Source of the DNA: the human T2T-CHM13v2.0 reference genome, Homo sapiens
Length of the DNA: 64,000 nt
Direction: 5' to 3' (one strand)
Assembly: GCF_009914755.1 (NCBI RefSeq)
Contig: NC_060937.1
Shown here: in pieces, positions 31,803 to 47,397 of the stretch
How positions within the stretch are numbered: position 1 is the first letter of the stretch
How the letters are laid out: the number at the start of each line of letters is the position of its first letter
Translations under genes and position numbers: made by a program
Notes under the pieces: generated by a model
Seen by the model: only the letters and a program-made list of their open reading frames with translations
Databases searched by the model: none
What the model was told of the DNA's origin: nothing

Positions 31803-33660
31803 GCTTTTAAATGCTCAAGAAGAACATATTTCACACATAAAGCCCTTCAAAGTCCCTCACAGCTTAACCTCAGTCAACTTTTTCCAGCCATATCTTCTCT
31901 ACTTAACCTTGCAGGTATAGCCCTGTAGGTCTATAACAATGACCCACCTGTTATAAGCATCTCATACCTTTATACATAGCACCTTTCATTCTTGCCTAAC
32001 TTGTAGTGGTCTGTACATTTGTCAAGACTTATTTAAACATCACTTTCTGTATTCAGGGTGCATTGGATAGTTTTTCCCAGGTTTCTGACATTGCTTGGGT
32101 GTGAATAATCTATAACTGAAGGATACATAGTTCCTACCCTCCTGGAGCTTGCAGGCTGGGAAGACTTCCCTGCCCACTTGCCTATGAACTCCTCTCCAAT
32201 CAGAATTACGTGTTTCCCTAGCTCTACCATAATGAACTGACTGTATACCTAAATCCATCACTAAATGATGCACTTTTCAGGATACTGACTTCTCTTAATC
32301 ATCCATATTTATTCCTGAATCTAGTCCAATTCAGCACAGAAAAAATGAAAGTTTAATGTTTGTAGGTTTGGTATTAAGAACAAGACAAAATGAACTTATG
32401 AAAGATTCATTTAACCATTTGAATTTGTTTTCTTCCTAAGGCAACAGATTTTTAATATTTATCAATTGGGCATGAAGAAAATCATTTATTTCTTATAGAG
32501 GTGAATCCTTAATCTCTAGGAAGAATTTTTATCCATGTGAAATTTTGTTTAACATACTAAAAAAAGATTAAAGTTGTCTCCTGTCCAACATTGACAAAAA
32601 GAGACAAAATTAACTTTTCTTTTATGTGAAGTTGTGGTAATTTTCTCTAGGCTGAAAGGACACCAGCCACACATTCTCTGTGTCCTCCATTTCTTTACAT
32701 TGAAAATGAGATACCAGGCAATTTACCCATCAGGTTTTTAATGAGTCACAGTATTTGAAGGCTATGAACTGAGAAATATCATTCATTTATGGTCTTGTCC
32801 TGCAGCTGTTGTGTTTTATATAAGACAGTGTGATACAAACAAAACAGAGCTCTTTAATAAGCTTCACTATTAAGTGCAACTGAGCCATTTCAGGAAATAA
32901 TGGCATTTCACAGAAGAGAATGAAAAACACGAAGTGTAATTTTCCTCAAATAACAAAGAGGTAAATGGATTTAAAAAAAGCATAAATGTTAACATAGTGA
33001 CCAATAAGTACTTTTTGGCATCTAAAAATCTCACTGTAGCACAACTCTTTGCACCTTAGTTTTTGCTTCAAATATGCCAGTCATGAGTCAATTATGGTAT
33101 ATATTTGTCAACAAGTCCTTGTCTGTTTTTTCCTAAATTAGGGTCAAGCAATAAAGCTGCCAAAAAAATTTATGCTTTTTTTAAAGGTAACACTAGAACT
33201 CAAATTCAGGCTAGAATCCATTGTCCAGGTAAATCCCTGATTATCAACTGATCATACCTTAGTTAAGTGACTTCAATCACAATACCTCCTTCCTCTCCTT
33301 TCCCTCATCCTTGTCTCAGTAAAAACCTTATGACTCCATATCTACACATTTTAATACCTCTTAGCTGTGTTTTCTTTCTGCTACCCCATCTATTTAGCTC
33401 ATATCTATAAGAGTTCAGTTCTAAAGTCCAAATTGAATCATATCACAGTCCTGCTTTAAAAACATTCATTGACAACGGTCTTAAATCGGCTTCCAATAAA
33501 TCATACAGCCTGTTGTTTGTAATCTGTCATTTTTCATGTTCTTGATGAAATCTTCATTCACCACAAAATAACTTTTAAGCACCTACTCTGTGGCAAGAAT
33601 AAGATGGATTTATGACTCTCTTAGAGAAATACAAGCCTTGCCCTCTTGGAGTTTACATGT

Positions 33661-34247
33661 TGGATTAGTTTCCTACAGGCGCTGTAAGAATTCACCACAA
33701 ACTTAGTGGCTTAAAACAACACAGATGTATTATCTGACAAGTCTGGAGATCAGAATCCTTAAAATCAAGGTATTAGAAGGGCTGCTTTCCTTCTGGAGGT
33801 TCCAGGGGAGAATTCACTTCCTTGACTTTTCCAGTTTGTAGAGGTCACTTGCATTTCTTGGCTCATGGCTCCCTCCTCTATCTTCAAGGCCAGTAGTGTA
33901 GCGTCTTTAAATCTCAGACTCTCTCTCTTCCTCCCTCTGTCTCCTTTCCTCTCTCTTTTTCCCACAGCGAGCTCTCTCTCTCTTTCTTACACATACACAC
34001 TCACTCACTCCCCTTCCTTTGCCTCCTCCTGCCTCTGAATCATCTGCTTCCCCCTTTCCATTATAAAAACCCCTGTGATCCCACGGGGCCCACCCGGATA
34101 ATTCAGGATAAACCTCACATCTTAAATTCCTTAACTTAATCACATCTGCAAAGTCCTTTATGTAACACACTCAGAGATTCTGGGGATAAGGGTGTAAATC
34201 TCTTTGGCAGGGCCATGGGGAGAGGCAGTCATTGTTCTGTCTACTCA
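33661..34247 (-). mobile_element. MLT1D-like solo LTR nested in an L2 3' end
   Basis: ATTAGTTTCCT...ACCACAAACTTAGTGGCTTAAAACAACA...TTAATCACATCTGCAAAGTCC. The L2 phrase CCTTGCCCTCTTGGAGTTTACA is interrupted at the left edge. Confidence 0.85.
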
Positions 34248-34561
34248 ATGTCTGATAGAATAGGCAGATACTTGTGATATTTTTACTGTTTTATATTTTC
34301 CAAATTTTATTTTATTATTACATAGTATTCTTCTAATTGTGGGGGAATGTTTTCAATTTTCATAACACCCAATCACCCTATCAGATATAGTCCAAAATGT
34401 ATGTCATGCTATAACAGACTAAGCCAGACCTGATCATACCCTGTCTTTCTGGCTTAACTGCAGACAGTCTCCTTGTACCTCAATTATAGTAGGGTACTCA
34501 CCATCCTTTAATAGACTTTCCTTCTTTAATAATGCTCTGTGTCCTGCACAAAGACTGGGAA

Positions 34562-34714
34562 GCCTGTAGTCTCAGCTACTCGGGAGGCTGAGCAGGAGGA
34601 TATGTTGAGCCCAGGAGGCAGAAGTTGCAGTGAGCCAAGATTGCACCACTGCACTCCAGTCTGGGCAACAGAGAGAGACCCTGCCTCAAAAAAAAAAAAA
34701 AAAAAAAAAAAAAA
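34562..34714 (+). mobile_element. 5'-truncated AluJ-like right arm (first unit of an Alu trimer)
   Basis: GCCTGTAGTCTCAGCTACTCGGG...GAGACCCTGCCTC followed by A27. Confidence 0.9.
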
Positions 34715-35300
<586 letters not shown>

Positions 35301-36627
35301 GACTGGGCAAGTCTTACCTCAACTTTTCAATTTGGTAAATGCCTTCAAATGTCTTCAAATGTCCCATCCCTTTTCTATTTGTTCCCTGATGCCCTGGGCA
35401 TGGTCACTTTCTGCCTCCTCTGTCTCTCCAGAGCACAGTGGAGACACAGTTTCTCATAATTTTACAGAATAATTTATGGCCTGCCTCTATCACTTACTCC
35501 ACATGCCTTCAGGACAGGGATTACACTCTGATATTGTGTACACCTAGCACTTACCACAATGCTTAGTAGTGCCACTGAATAAAATCTTAAAGTTTGCTTG
35601 ACTAAATTAAATGATGTTCCTTTGGAAATGGTACACACAAAAATATTTCTGACAATGTGTGCTTGAGGCTCCAGGATGTGGCAAATTTGTTAGGATAAAC
35701 TATTGGGATGCTTAAATTATTTTCATGGGAATGAGCAATGCCTGAAATTCTAACATGACACTGAAAGAGCATATTTTGCTGTCATATTTTAAGATGAATA
35801 TGTATAGACACAATTTTTCACAAATGTTTTGTTCAAATTCAAATAACCTGCCTAATAACATGGTGATCTGAGTGACAACTTTTTAATTATATTATATATA
35901 TGTTTTATAAAGAATGCTTCCAGTTGTTGACTATTTTAGGTTGTACTTCATAACGTGGTTTATAATGTATGGATTTCTAGACAAGAATCAGTCTTATAAA
36001 TGTGCCATTATTCTAAGGAGAGCTGTTGACTTGGACTTTTCTCAGTTTACTTTCTGTTGATGGTCATCAGATTCAGAATCACAGTTCTTAAAAATTTAAT
36101 TAAATTCTTGTCTTTATTAAGAGTAAGTATAAAACAAAATTGGCTGGCCTGAATTATGGACTAAACCACACATTATTTAAGAAACAGATAACATGTACTT
36201 AATGCATGTGACATTAACTACAAAAATATATTGTCTTGATACTAATTCCAATGCCACCTCACTAAGGAATGGTGAAATAGGGAGATCTCGGAATGGAATC
36301 GTGTCTATTCTGTTCTTACATACATCTTCAACCATTATTTTACTCTTTTAGTTCTGCGACTGATCTTCCTCTGTATTCCACATAAGACAGCTTAAATATA
36401 TTAACATCATTAGACTTAGCTATTCACATAAAGTGTAGATAGTTCTTCTATCTGTCTGCATTCATGCAAAATGACAGTGACTATAAAACACGATCAATAA
36501 TTTAAAAAGGACTTCAATCCCTGTCACTTGTTTCTGTATGTACCTGCGAAATAGAACATGAAAGCATAATTTTCCACTAAGTGTTATTCCTCATAATGCT
36601 TGTTGCTTGTGTATGAATATGTGCAAG

Positions 36628-36631
36628 ATAT

Positions 36632-36667
<36 letters not shown>

Positions 36668-36682
36668 GCACACATATATACA
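36628..36682. repeat. (CA)n(TA)n microsatellite
   Basis: Directly visible. Confidence 0.9.
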
Positions 36683-36691
36683 CTATGCCTC

Positions 36692-37037
36692 TGTATTAGT
36701 CTGTTTTCATGGTGTTGATAAAGACATACCTGAGACTGGGCAAAGAGACTTACTGGACTTACAGTTCCACATGGCTGGGGAGGCCTCACAATCACAGCAG
36801 AAGGAGAAAGGTATATCTCACATGGTGGCAGACAAGAGAATAGAGCTTGTGCAGGGAAACTCCCCTTTTTAAAACCATCAGATCTCATGAGACTTATTCA
36901 CTATCACAGGAATAGTGCAGGAAAGACCCACCCCCATGATTCAATTACCTCCCACTGGGTCCTCCCACAACACATGGGAATTGTTGGAGTTAGAATTCAA
37001 GATGAGATTTGAGTGGGGGCACAGCCAAACCGTATCA
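36692..37037 (-). mobile_element. THE1B-like solo LTR
   Basis: TGTATTAGTC...CCAAACCGTATCA with 5-bp TSD GCCTC/GTCTC. Confidence 0.93.
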
Positions 37038-37191
37038 GTCTCAAAGCTGTGAGTTTGGACTATCCTGATATTTTGGTCGGAATAAAGCAATTTCAAATTT
37101 CAGTACTACCTGCGAAAAAAAAAATGTGACTCTACATGTTTTCCCAGGTTGCATGGAGTAGCAACAACTATGCATTTTACTATTCTACCTA

Positions 37192-37322
37192 TTTAATTTT
37201 TAATACAGATGGGGTCTTTCTAGGTTGCCCAGGCTTTTCTTGAACTCCTAGTCTCAAAGCCATCTTCCCACCTCTTTATCCCAAAGTACTGGGATTGCAG
37301 ACTTCAGTCACCATGTCTGGCC
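37192..37322 (-). mobile_element. FLAM (Alu left monomer)
   Basis: AGATGGGGTCTT...GTTGCCCAGGCT...CCCAAAGTACTGGGATT...GGCC. Confidence 0.85.
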
Positions 37323-37919
37323 TCAACCTATATTTTTTAACTCACCAAGTATATGGATGACAGCTACTCCTATGGAATCACTGTAGGTCTAAGACCTTAT
37401 ACAAGGTATACACATTCAAAGGTTAATTTATCAGTTTACTCAGAGGTCACTGATCTCCCAACAGACAATACAGATTAAATTTGTAAGGACAAACTTATAA
37501 ACCAGAAACCTAAATTCTTAATTATATTTAGAAATATTAATGCCAAGAGGTTCAGAGTGCTTGCAAATGGTAAGCTTAATTTCTTTACAGAGCATAATCT
37601 ATTTTGCCAAAGATTTTAAAATCAGGACGTTTTCAGTTGAAAGTTAAGACTGTGAACAGATTTAAGCAGTCTTTCATATCCCCAGGCTATGAAATTTTCA
37701 TCTCTACCACAGGTAGATTAATTAACATAGTGGTGTGTCTACTAAGTGGACCATAATATTCCAGTCTGTTTGCAGTACAGTTTCCCTTGAATTTTACATT
37801 TTGGAAACACTGTTACTAAATATTATATTTTAATCTGACTAGTCAGAATTTTTATCATTTAAAACTCTTCTTAGTAAAATACTTAATACTTTGCTACAAT
37901 GTCTTTGATTATAGTTCCT

Positions 37920-38102
37920 TGTAATTTATATTTCACTTAATATAATTAAGTGTAATTTATATTTCACTTAATATAATTAAGTGTAATTTATATTTCACTT
38001 AATATAATTAAGTGTAATTTATATTTCACTTAATATAATTAAGTGTAATTTATATTTAACTTAATATAATTAAGTGTAATTTATATTTCACTTAATATAA
38101 TT
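37920..38102. repeat. 31-bp AT-rich minisatellite, about 5.9 copies
   Basis: Unit TGTAATTTATATTTCACTTAATATAATTAAG, with only one substitution (38058) across the array. Confidence 0.97.
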
Positions 38103-39692
38103 GCATGGTATTACCTAAATCTCATTAAAGTTCTCTCCCCAAGTGATAATTTCTAGTTTACTTTCTGAGACTTTGCGTATAGACAGTTAATAAAAAACAG
38201 TATCAATGATAATGCTCATTAGCTTTAAAGTCAGAGGGGACATTTTCTAATAATATGGTCATAATCGTGAGTCCAGACTTCAGTGTATAATCCAGATCCC
38301 AGATTATACCCACTTAGAAGATTGGTGCCCTCTTTGTGCAGAAAACATTTTTTTTAGAATAGTGATTATGATTGTCTTTAAATAACAGCAATAAAACACC
38401 ATCAATATGATAGTAGGCATAAAATGCTATGAAAGTATATTCAATCATAGAATATCAGATATTTAGTCAAGGTAAAAATGAAGTCATTTTATCTATAATT
38501 ATTGCTGCTTTTAAAGGAATTTTTTAATTGGAAGCATAAAAAATTCCCTAAATTATTTTATCTTGATATTCACATTTTTATAAATCAGTATCTTCATTCT
38601 TTTGGGAAAATTATATAAATAAAGGAAATTGATAGTAGACATTACAAAATCTATGGCTATTTAAAATAAATGTGTCCTCATACATGTACGTGCACACGCA
38701 CACATATACATCTTCACATCAAAAAGTTTATGACAATGAAGACAGAGGTTTTCTTAACTGAAGGAAGCTATTCCTTAGCTAAATAGCTATAATGGACAAA
38801 ATTAAACGTTCCTTATATTACAGTTGTTGAATTATGTAAACATAACAAACATTAGGAAATTTAAATATTAGATGCTTCAGTAACAAATATTGCCTTTAAT
38901 AAAAAACTGAATGTAGTATCCACAAAATATATATATTCATTCCACTTGTAAAATTTACAAAAACTTACTACTGAACAGGTTTACTCTGTGTGATATTTCC
39001 TTTCACTTTTTTTTCATTTAAATAAATGATAGTTTTCTGGATATCTGATACCTTTCTTTAAACACTTTAAAATTTCACTTATCCAGAAATTTGAATGTTA
39101 TATGCACAAATATAATAGGCACTTAGAAAATAGTATAATTTCAAATTATTTTGATGTACAGGTTTGTTTAGTAGATCTCTAGATAATATGGGGGAGCTAC
39201 TGTCAACTGCCTCTAGTTCATATATATAAACAGGAAAGATACCAACAGAGAGGTTGATGGAACCATTTGTAAAATTAACAACAAGAAATGCATTTCTCTT
39301 CCTATTGCTATTTATCAGTCTGTGTGTTAAATATGATCATGATGCAAATAAGGATGCATAAAATAAATAAGGGAACGCTTTCATTATTTAAAACTTTACT
39401 CAAATGTTTGTTTAAATGGCCAATTACCCCTGGGCATTTAAAAATATTTGCAAACAGACTGTTCACTGTGACTGATAGGCAGAGATCTTCAAGCTGTAGC
39501 ATTAGTAGCTGCTGCCAGCCAAGTATCAGTGAGAAATCAAGATTTAGCAGCTGTGACGCTGCAGAGCAAGGTAATTGCCAAAATAATTATCAATAATGTG
39601 CACAAAAGTTAATTTCCACACCAATTTTCAAGAATAATAATATGGATTTAATATATTGTGAATGGCATTCTGGCCCATGGCCTATTAATAAG

Positions 39693-39832
39693 TGGAAGGA
39701 AAGGAAAGGAAGGGAAGGGAAGTGAAGGGGAAGGGAACGGGAAGGGGAGGGAGAAAGGAAAGAAGGAGTGGGGGGAAGGGAGGGAAGGGAAATAAGGACA
39801 GAGAGAGGCAAGGAGGGAAAGGAAGGAAAGAA
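39693..39832. repeat. GA-rich (GGAA/GGGA)n polypurine tract
   Basis: Directly visible low-complexity run. Confidence 0.9.
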
Positions 39833-42659
39833 ATCATAAATCACCACCATTCATCTCCTTAGGATAATTTTGAACCAGTTTTTTATCCCCTTTCTACTTT
39901 ACATTCTTCCATAAAGCCTTACCAAATCTCCTTCTTGTGTCCTGTTATATAATAATGTCATGTACATTATATAATTAAGGCAAATAACCCATGCCCTTAT
40001 GGGGCTTCTTTTTCAGAATAAGAATACACATAGGCAAACAAGGTCACTGCAGCCCGTGCCAAGTTCTAGGAGAACGTAGAGGGATATGATCATGAGAACA
40101 AGGGACTGGATAGTGGCACAGCACTGGAAGAAGGCCTGTCTGAGTCACTGAGATTTATACTGAATCCTAAAGAATGTGGAAAGAGGAAGCCTTTCTGACT
40201 GTAAGGGAAAATATCATTGTGAGCGGAGCAGAGAAGAATGCTCAAAGACCCTACGGCAGTCACGCGTTTATCACAGTAAAATACTAAATTATAAGCTCAT
40301 TATTTTCTTTTACTTTTCATGGAGATAATCAATATTACATTATTCTTGCTATCTGTGAATATAGACTGGTTTATTTCTGGTTACTGCACCCAAGATATAA
40401 AGCATCTCTGAGCTTCAGACACTTATGTAATAGCCATAAGACACTATGGACTGCATATTAAACGTGCCTGGGATTCTGACTTACTTTTGAATATAAATTC
40501 TTTTTTTCTTATGATTCATAGCATGCTGTTTTAGAAATGAAGTCAGAGACCCCATATAGCTATGGTTTCATTTCATTTTCTTTACAAAGAGTGGAAAATA
40601 GAACTAGTCAAGGTATTTGCTTAGAGGTAACCCAGTACTCCAGAATAGCTTTAGGAAACTAAATTATCTATAAACTTCAATATTTTACTAATCTTTCAGT
40701 AATATTCTCACATATTGCTAGTTTAAATATTAGCTACCATTTCTATTGTTTATACAATCTCAAAGAGCTCATGCTGTTTTATATCACTCTTGTCTTCCTT
40801 CTGCACTGATTGTCTTTCCTCTTATTTTCCAACTGGTAAACCAACTCATGACTCAGGTATCTTCTGATCTAGAAAGATTTTCATTCACTCTCTCACCTCT
40901 TTCACTTTTCCAGATTGAGCTAGAAGAGACCATTATCAACCAATCACACCATATTATTCATCACCTATAGTAGACTGCTGAGTGCATTGAGAGTTTACAG
41001 GGGTTCACTTACATTGACTGACTGGATTAAATGTTTGATGATATTGTGAAGAAATGTCATAAGGGTGACTCTCCCTCCAGTGACCTAGGGATGGTCACAG
41101 TAATGTGGGATTCACTAGTCTGGAAATCCCCTATTTTGGAAACTCTTTTAAGTAAAGAGACACTTGAATGATCTATATTTGATTGTTCAGGCTTCAGGAG
41201 CTAAACCGTAGTGTTGAAGAGGTACAAAAAATGAGGGTCTTGTTAGTTGGATGGATCTTACCTTCATAATCAAAGGGCCAGAATCCATTAGTTTCCCTGA
41301 TATAATTTCACAAAGGAGCTCTAGGCCAAAAACAATGAGAATATGATAAAATTTACTTTCAAATTTTGGGCTTCTTTATCTTGTAGGTTTTGCCCTTGTC
41401 TATTTTCCTACTGTGACTAAAGGTGATCCCATATGACATCTTAGGAGAAAACAAAGAATGTCAGGCTACAACCCTGGGCTCTTTAGAGAAGGGAAACAAT
41501 GAACTCAGAAGCCAGTTTAAGAAGAATGTGTCATACAAAGAAAATTTTAATTTTTAGAAAGAAAATGCACTAAGAACCCATTTTACTTCTGTTTAAATCC
41601 AGTAACTGAAAATGATCATCCCCCTTCATATCTAAAGCCAGATTTTTAAAGCATTCTTGGTATCAGATCCCTAATAGTAGAGGAGTTAAAGAATTTGAGA
41701 CAAAACTTTAATTAAACTCCTCTTACCTAAAAGCAAAGTAATGGACAAGAGAGTGTTTCATGGGAAATATCAGCTATTTTAACAATTAAAGAATTATTGA
41801 CAATTTGGTTTCAAACATTTGGTAAACTCAGGAACAGTGAGTGTCCTTCAATTAAAGGAAAATCAGTCCAAAAAGTAGGTTGGTTTACATTTAGATACAG
41901 TATTAATTTTACCATAATTCTAGTGAATGAATCAACTCTATGATAATTATAATTAGTGGGTGCATTCTACTTCCAGATTATGAATTATTCCCTATTTTGT
42001 AGTGATTTGAATAAAGTTTATAAAAGAGTTTTTCTGCCACTAAAGTGATCAATTTAGTTATGATGAAAATTGCCAGAGGGAGTGTGACTAATTATTATAC
42101 TTCCAGATATTGCAAAAAGATGTACTTTACTCACAGTCTCCCTTTTTTTTTTTACAGATGTAATGTATGGGTTGATAATACCAGCATATCTAAAAGGTCA
42201 CTTCATCTGTGACATTCCATTGGTAATCTTTCCATCAATATTAAAGATGAAAATAAATGTTGTACTCTTTTGTGGTCTACTTTTGAAAATATTTAGCAAA
42301 TGTCAGGTCATTATAATTTTCTAGCCACTCAATATGGAAGAAAGTTGGAGATTATGTTTATCCTATTTCAGTTAGTGGATTAACAAATGATGATGCTTTC
42401 CACAAATCAAACTAAAAAATCATTACCCAGGGATCCTAAGATATATCAGGTTATCTTCCGATTAAAAAGACTCAATCGGTTACCAGGAGCTGATATTCTT
42501 GTAGACAGCAAGCCCCAAACCATTATTATCTAAACATTAAATATGTAACACAAATTATTATAGACTGTATTATATCATTTAGATATTTGATATCTTACTC
42601 TCTTCTCTCCCCCAACCTAAAAATACGTATACTGAACCTCCATCAGTAAAAAAGCCTGG

Positions 42660-43024
<365 letters not shown>

Positions 43025-43359
43025 TTAACTCATTTTTCATATTTCTCTCCCCAAGCTTTTAAGGCATGTCTTGTGTTGGAGGCATTAGATTTCCATAGAA
43101 GAAGGTAGCTAAGAAAACTAATCTTCCTAATTCATATGTGCAACCACAAATATTTCTAAGAGAAAGAAAAGAGGCCATGCAGCATCAATGCAATTGAGAC
43201 TACCACGGTAGAGTGGAACCCTTTACTCCAATTCTCCGTGGAATATATAATCAACCTAGGAATCCATCATATAGTGGCTTGATTTATCTGTTGAAAGCCA
43301 CATGAAGTGATTTTTGCACCATTCATTTGCTTAGTCTATGAAAAGGTGCTATGTATCCA

Positions 43360-43638
43360 GGACAGCGTCTAGGATATGGTGGCTAAGAGACTAGACTCAA
43401 GACACAGACTGCTTCTGTGTAAGTCCAGGTCTGCAATTTACTGTGTAAATTTGGACAGCACTTCTCTGTGCAGTACAATATTCTGTGCCTCCGTTTTTTC
43501 CTTTCTAAGATGAAGGTGCTCATAGTGCCTGCCTTATGGGATTGTTGTGTGGATTAAATGAGTTCTTATATGTTAAGTGTTTATACCAATGCTGGCACAT
43601 GAGAAGTTACACGTAAATATTAGCTTTTGTTGTTATTA
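43360..43638 (+). mobile_element. MIR
   Basis: GTGGCTAAGAG...CTGTGCCTCCGTTTTTTCC...GGGATTGTTGTGTGGATTAAATGAG...GCTGGCACAT. Confidence 0.85.
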
Positions 43639-45214
43639 TAGTTTGTACTTTGTCAATTACTCAAAAATCAACCCTTGTCAAAATATGGATAGTACATGTT
43701 TTCCACTGATGGATGTTGTAATCCTGAATTGGGGTACAAATTGGAAAGTGTAGAGCTCATCTCAAATGTCGATTAATTTGGCCAGTTTACCTATAATGAT
43801 CACACAAAATCTTTATATTGCTAAGCCACGGCTCTTTACATTAAGGAAACTGTAATCCAGTAGTAGAAATAAATACAAGAGATTTTAATAAAATGTGGGA
43901 TGTAGAAAGTTCTGAACAAAGGCATGTGTACAGCTGAATTGCAGCGGTTTTGCGAAGTTCTTACTCAGAGGAGGTCTTCAGACTACAAGTTGAAAGATGT
44001 GTATGATTTTGACGAATGGACATGGTTGAATAGTGTAGCTTGTTGTGGTAAGTTGTTAGGTGTAATAGGAGATAACTGGATAAGCAGAATAGGACTAGAT
44101 CAAGGATGGTGGGGGATCTTAAATGCCCCCACTGAGACTGGCATATCTGAAAAAAAGAGCCAAAGTGATTAAACAAAGGCAGAAGTGAAATGGGATTTAA
44201 TGGTTAAAAATATAACACTGGCGATACTAGAAAGGATGTACTAGAAACTTTGGCAAAATCTTCTAGTAAAATAGTACATTGAGGTCATGCTTTGAACTTC
44301 CCCATCAACCCTAAACACAGCACAGTAATTATAAAATAAATAAATAAATAATAAACATCAAATGTAGCCACGTTCAAGGACAAAGTAATACTCTATAGAT
44401 CAGAAATGAAACAAAATCCCAGAGTCATGAGTGCTGTGGCATTAAAGCCCCGGACCAGACTCACTGGCATCCAAAATCAAGAAGAGTTACCTGTGGGGTA
44501 ATGAGGAAGAAAGGCCCCCGGACATGGAGAATGGAGGGAGCCAGATACACCGCATTCCAGCAACAGGCAAAGGGATCCAGGCTCCCCTGGAAGGAGCCTG
44601 AAAACAGCTGCGCTGCTGACTAAAACTTCACTTCATCCACTCCAAAATATATGCAAAGAAAAGATAAAACCACTTGGACTGACCTTGGTTCATATTAGTC
44701 TTTCTTTTAACAGCTTCATGCAAGTAGAAGGGCCTTCATTGAGCAATATAAAATGTATTATTGGATTTGAAACAGGGGAATAATGAACTCAAGATAGGTC
44801 CACAGAAAGAATACACCCAACAACACAAGGAAAACTAAAAGTAAGTAAAACAACCCAAAAAACTGTAGGGTTGGGAAGATAAAAAATAAATTCCCTGCCA
44901 AAATGGAAGATGATAGAGGAATTGGAGAATATCTTTAAAATCAGAAAATTATGATCCCGAAAGTAATAAATTAATAACACCTATTATAAAAAGAATACTA
45001 TATTATGAAACAAAATCAGACAGACATGAGTCAAGAGAATATAAACAGAAAAATATCCCTCAGAAAACCAGGACATTTTTAAAGATGTAATTATTAAAGT
45101 AAAAATAAAATTAAATGTTTATGATTAAACTTACTTCGTTTCAGTCAAAGGGAAAACAGTAAATTAGAAGGTAATAAACTTATAATTAAAGTAAAGTAGA
45201 ATACAGGTAAGATG

Positions 45215-46180
<966 letters not shown>

Positions 46181-46337
46181 AGTACTTAAAATCTAAATTT
46201 GTGTCAGCACATCTAAATTTGTTGCTCTAGATTTGGGAAATAATCTTTCAAGAGCTCATGACCTTCCCAGTTTGTGGAAGTATTTTGTTAATTACTTTTT
46301 CAATAATTTTCAATGATCGGAAATGATACCAAATTAT

Positions 46338-46941
46338 GCTGGGTCCGTTTGGCTAATACAGAAAGCAAACATCAGCACCAAATTAGAAGTGCCAAACATT
46401 TTCTACAAAAGTTTAAGGAAAGGGAGCAGGAGTGGGCAGATAAAGTCATCCTGCTTTGATGCTGGTCTCATATTTGTGAAAGGAAAATGGGAAGCATTGG
46501 GTAGGAAAAGCCTCGGTGTATGGCACACCTTGAGAAAGCCCTCACTAGGCCAACGGGTTTCCCCCAGGGTATTTGCTCAATATCTCAATATTGGGTAAGA
46601 ATATCTCAATATTGGGTAGGGTATTTGCTCAATATTTCAATATTGGGTAGGAAAAGTCTCAGTGTATGGCACACCTCTTAGAAAGCCCTCGTCAGGCCAG
46701 CGGGGTTTCCCACAGCGTATTTGCTCAATATTTCAATATGGATCCTGCTTTGGGACAGAATGGCCCAACTCCTGTACCTTTTCCATGTTCAGTCATTGGC
46801 TGGGAGTATCCTAAGGAAAGCACGGCTTCAACATCAAGATTTGGCAGATCTCAGAGGTGTGGCAGCTGGAGGCTGTCAGGCAATTCCACTGTTCTCATGA
46901 GGCCCTTGTTAGGGGGGTCAGTTGTCTTCATGTACACCACA
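46338..46941 (-). mobile_element. LTR16A-like solo LTR (ERVL) with an internal complex duplication
   Basis: GGGAGCAGGAGT...ATTGGGTAGGAAAAGCCTC...TCAGTCATTGGCTGGGAG...GGCAGCTGGAGGCTGTCAG...CACCACA. Confidence 0.8.
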
Positions 46942-47164
46942 TGGACTCTTTATGCACAAGTCATGTTTTCTGTTGAACTTTACCATAGGGTGATAAGAAG
47001 GAAATAATTGAAAATGTTTATCTTGAGCAAAACAGGTAAAATGTAGGTCAAATGTAAAAATAAATTTTTGAAAGTCATTTTGAGAAAACTGCTGACAAGA
47101 TTACACAGGGGAGAAGCATAAATTGAAAAGATGGTAGGAATGGTTTATTTATTTAACAAACTCA

Positions 47165-47320
47165 GGTCATTTATCATGTGTGAAACTGTCAAACACCATT
47201 CTATACACTTCACAAATATTAATTTATTTAATCTTCATAGTCATTATTAAATATATATTTTTACAGATGAAGAAGCTAGGAGAGATTAGGTAATTTGCTC
47301 AAGCTCACACAGCTAGTGGA
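47165..47320 (-). mobile_element. MIR
   Basis: ATTTAATCTTCA...TTTTACAGATGAAGAAGCT...GGTAATTTGCTCAAGCTCACACAGCTAGT. Confidence 0.8.
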
Positions 47321-47397
47321 ACAAATAACAAAACCTCATAAAATAGCTAAATTTTAAAGTCAAAGAAGAAAGAAAAGCCAGAAAATGAAACTGAAGG

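Noticed and set aside
37920-38102. CRISPR-like array of 31-bp palindromic repeats
   Set aside because: Units are directly adjacent with no spacers, there are no cas genes, and the context is primate.
42385-42530. Possible C/D-box snoRNA (ATGATGA...CTGA) or a 48-codon ORF, with a small CCGATT/AATCGG hairpin
   Set aside because: No convincing terminal stem, no recognisable guide sequence and no recognisable peptide. Compatible with chance.
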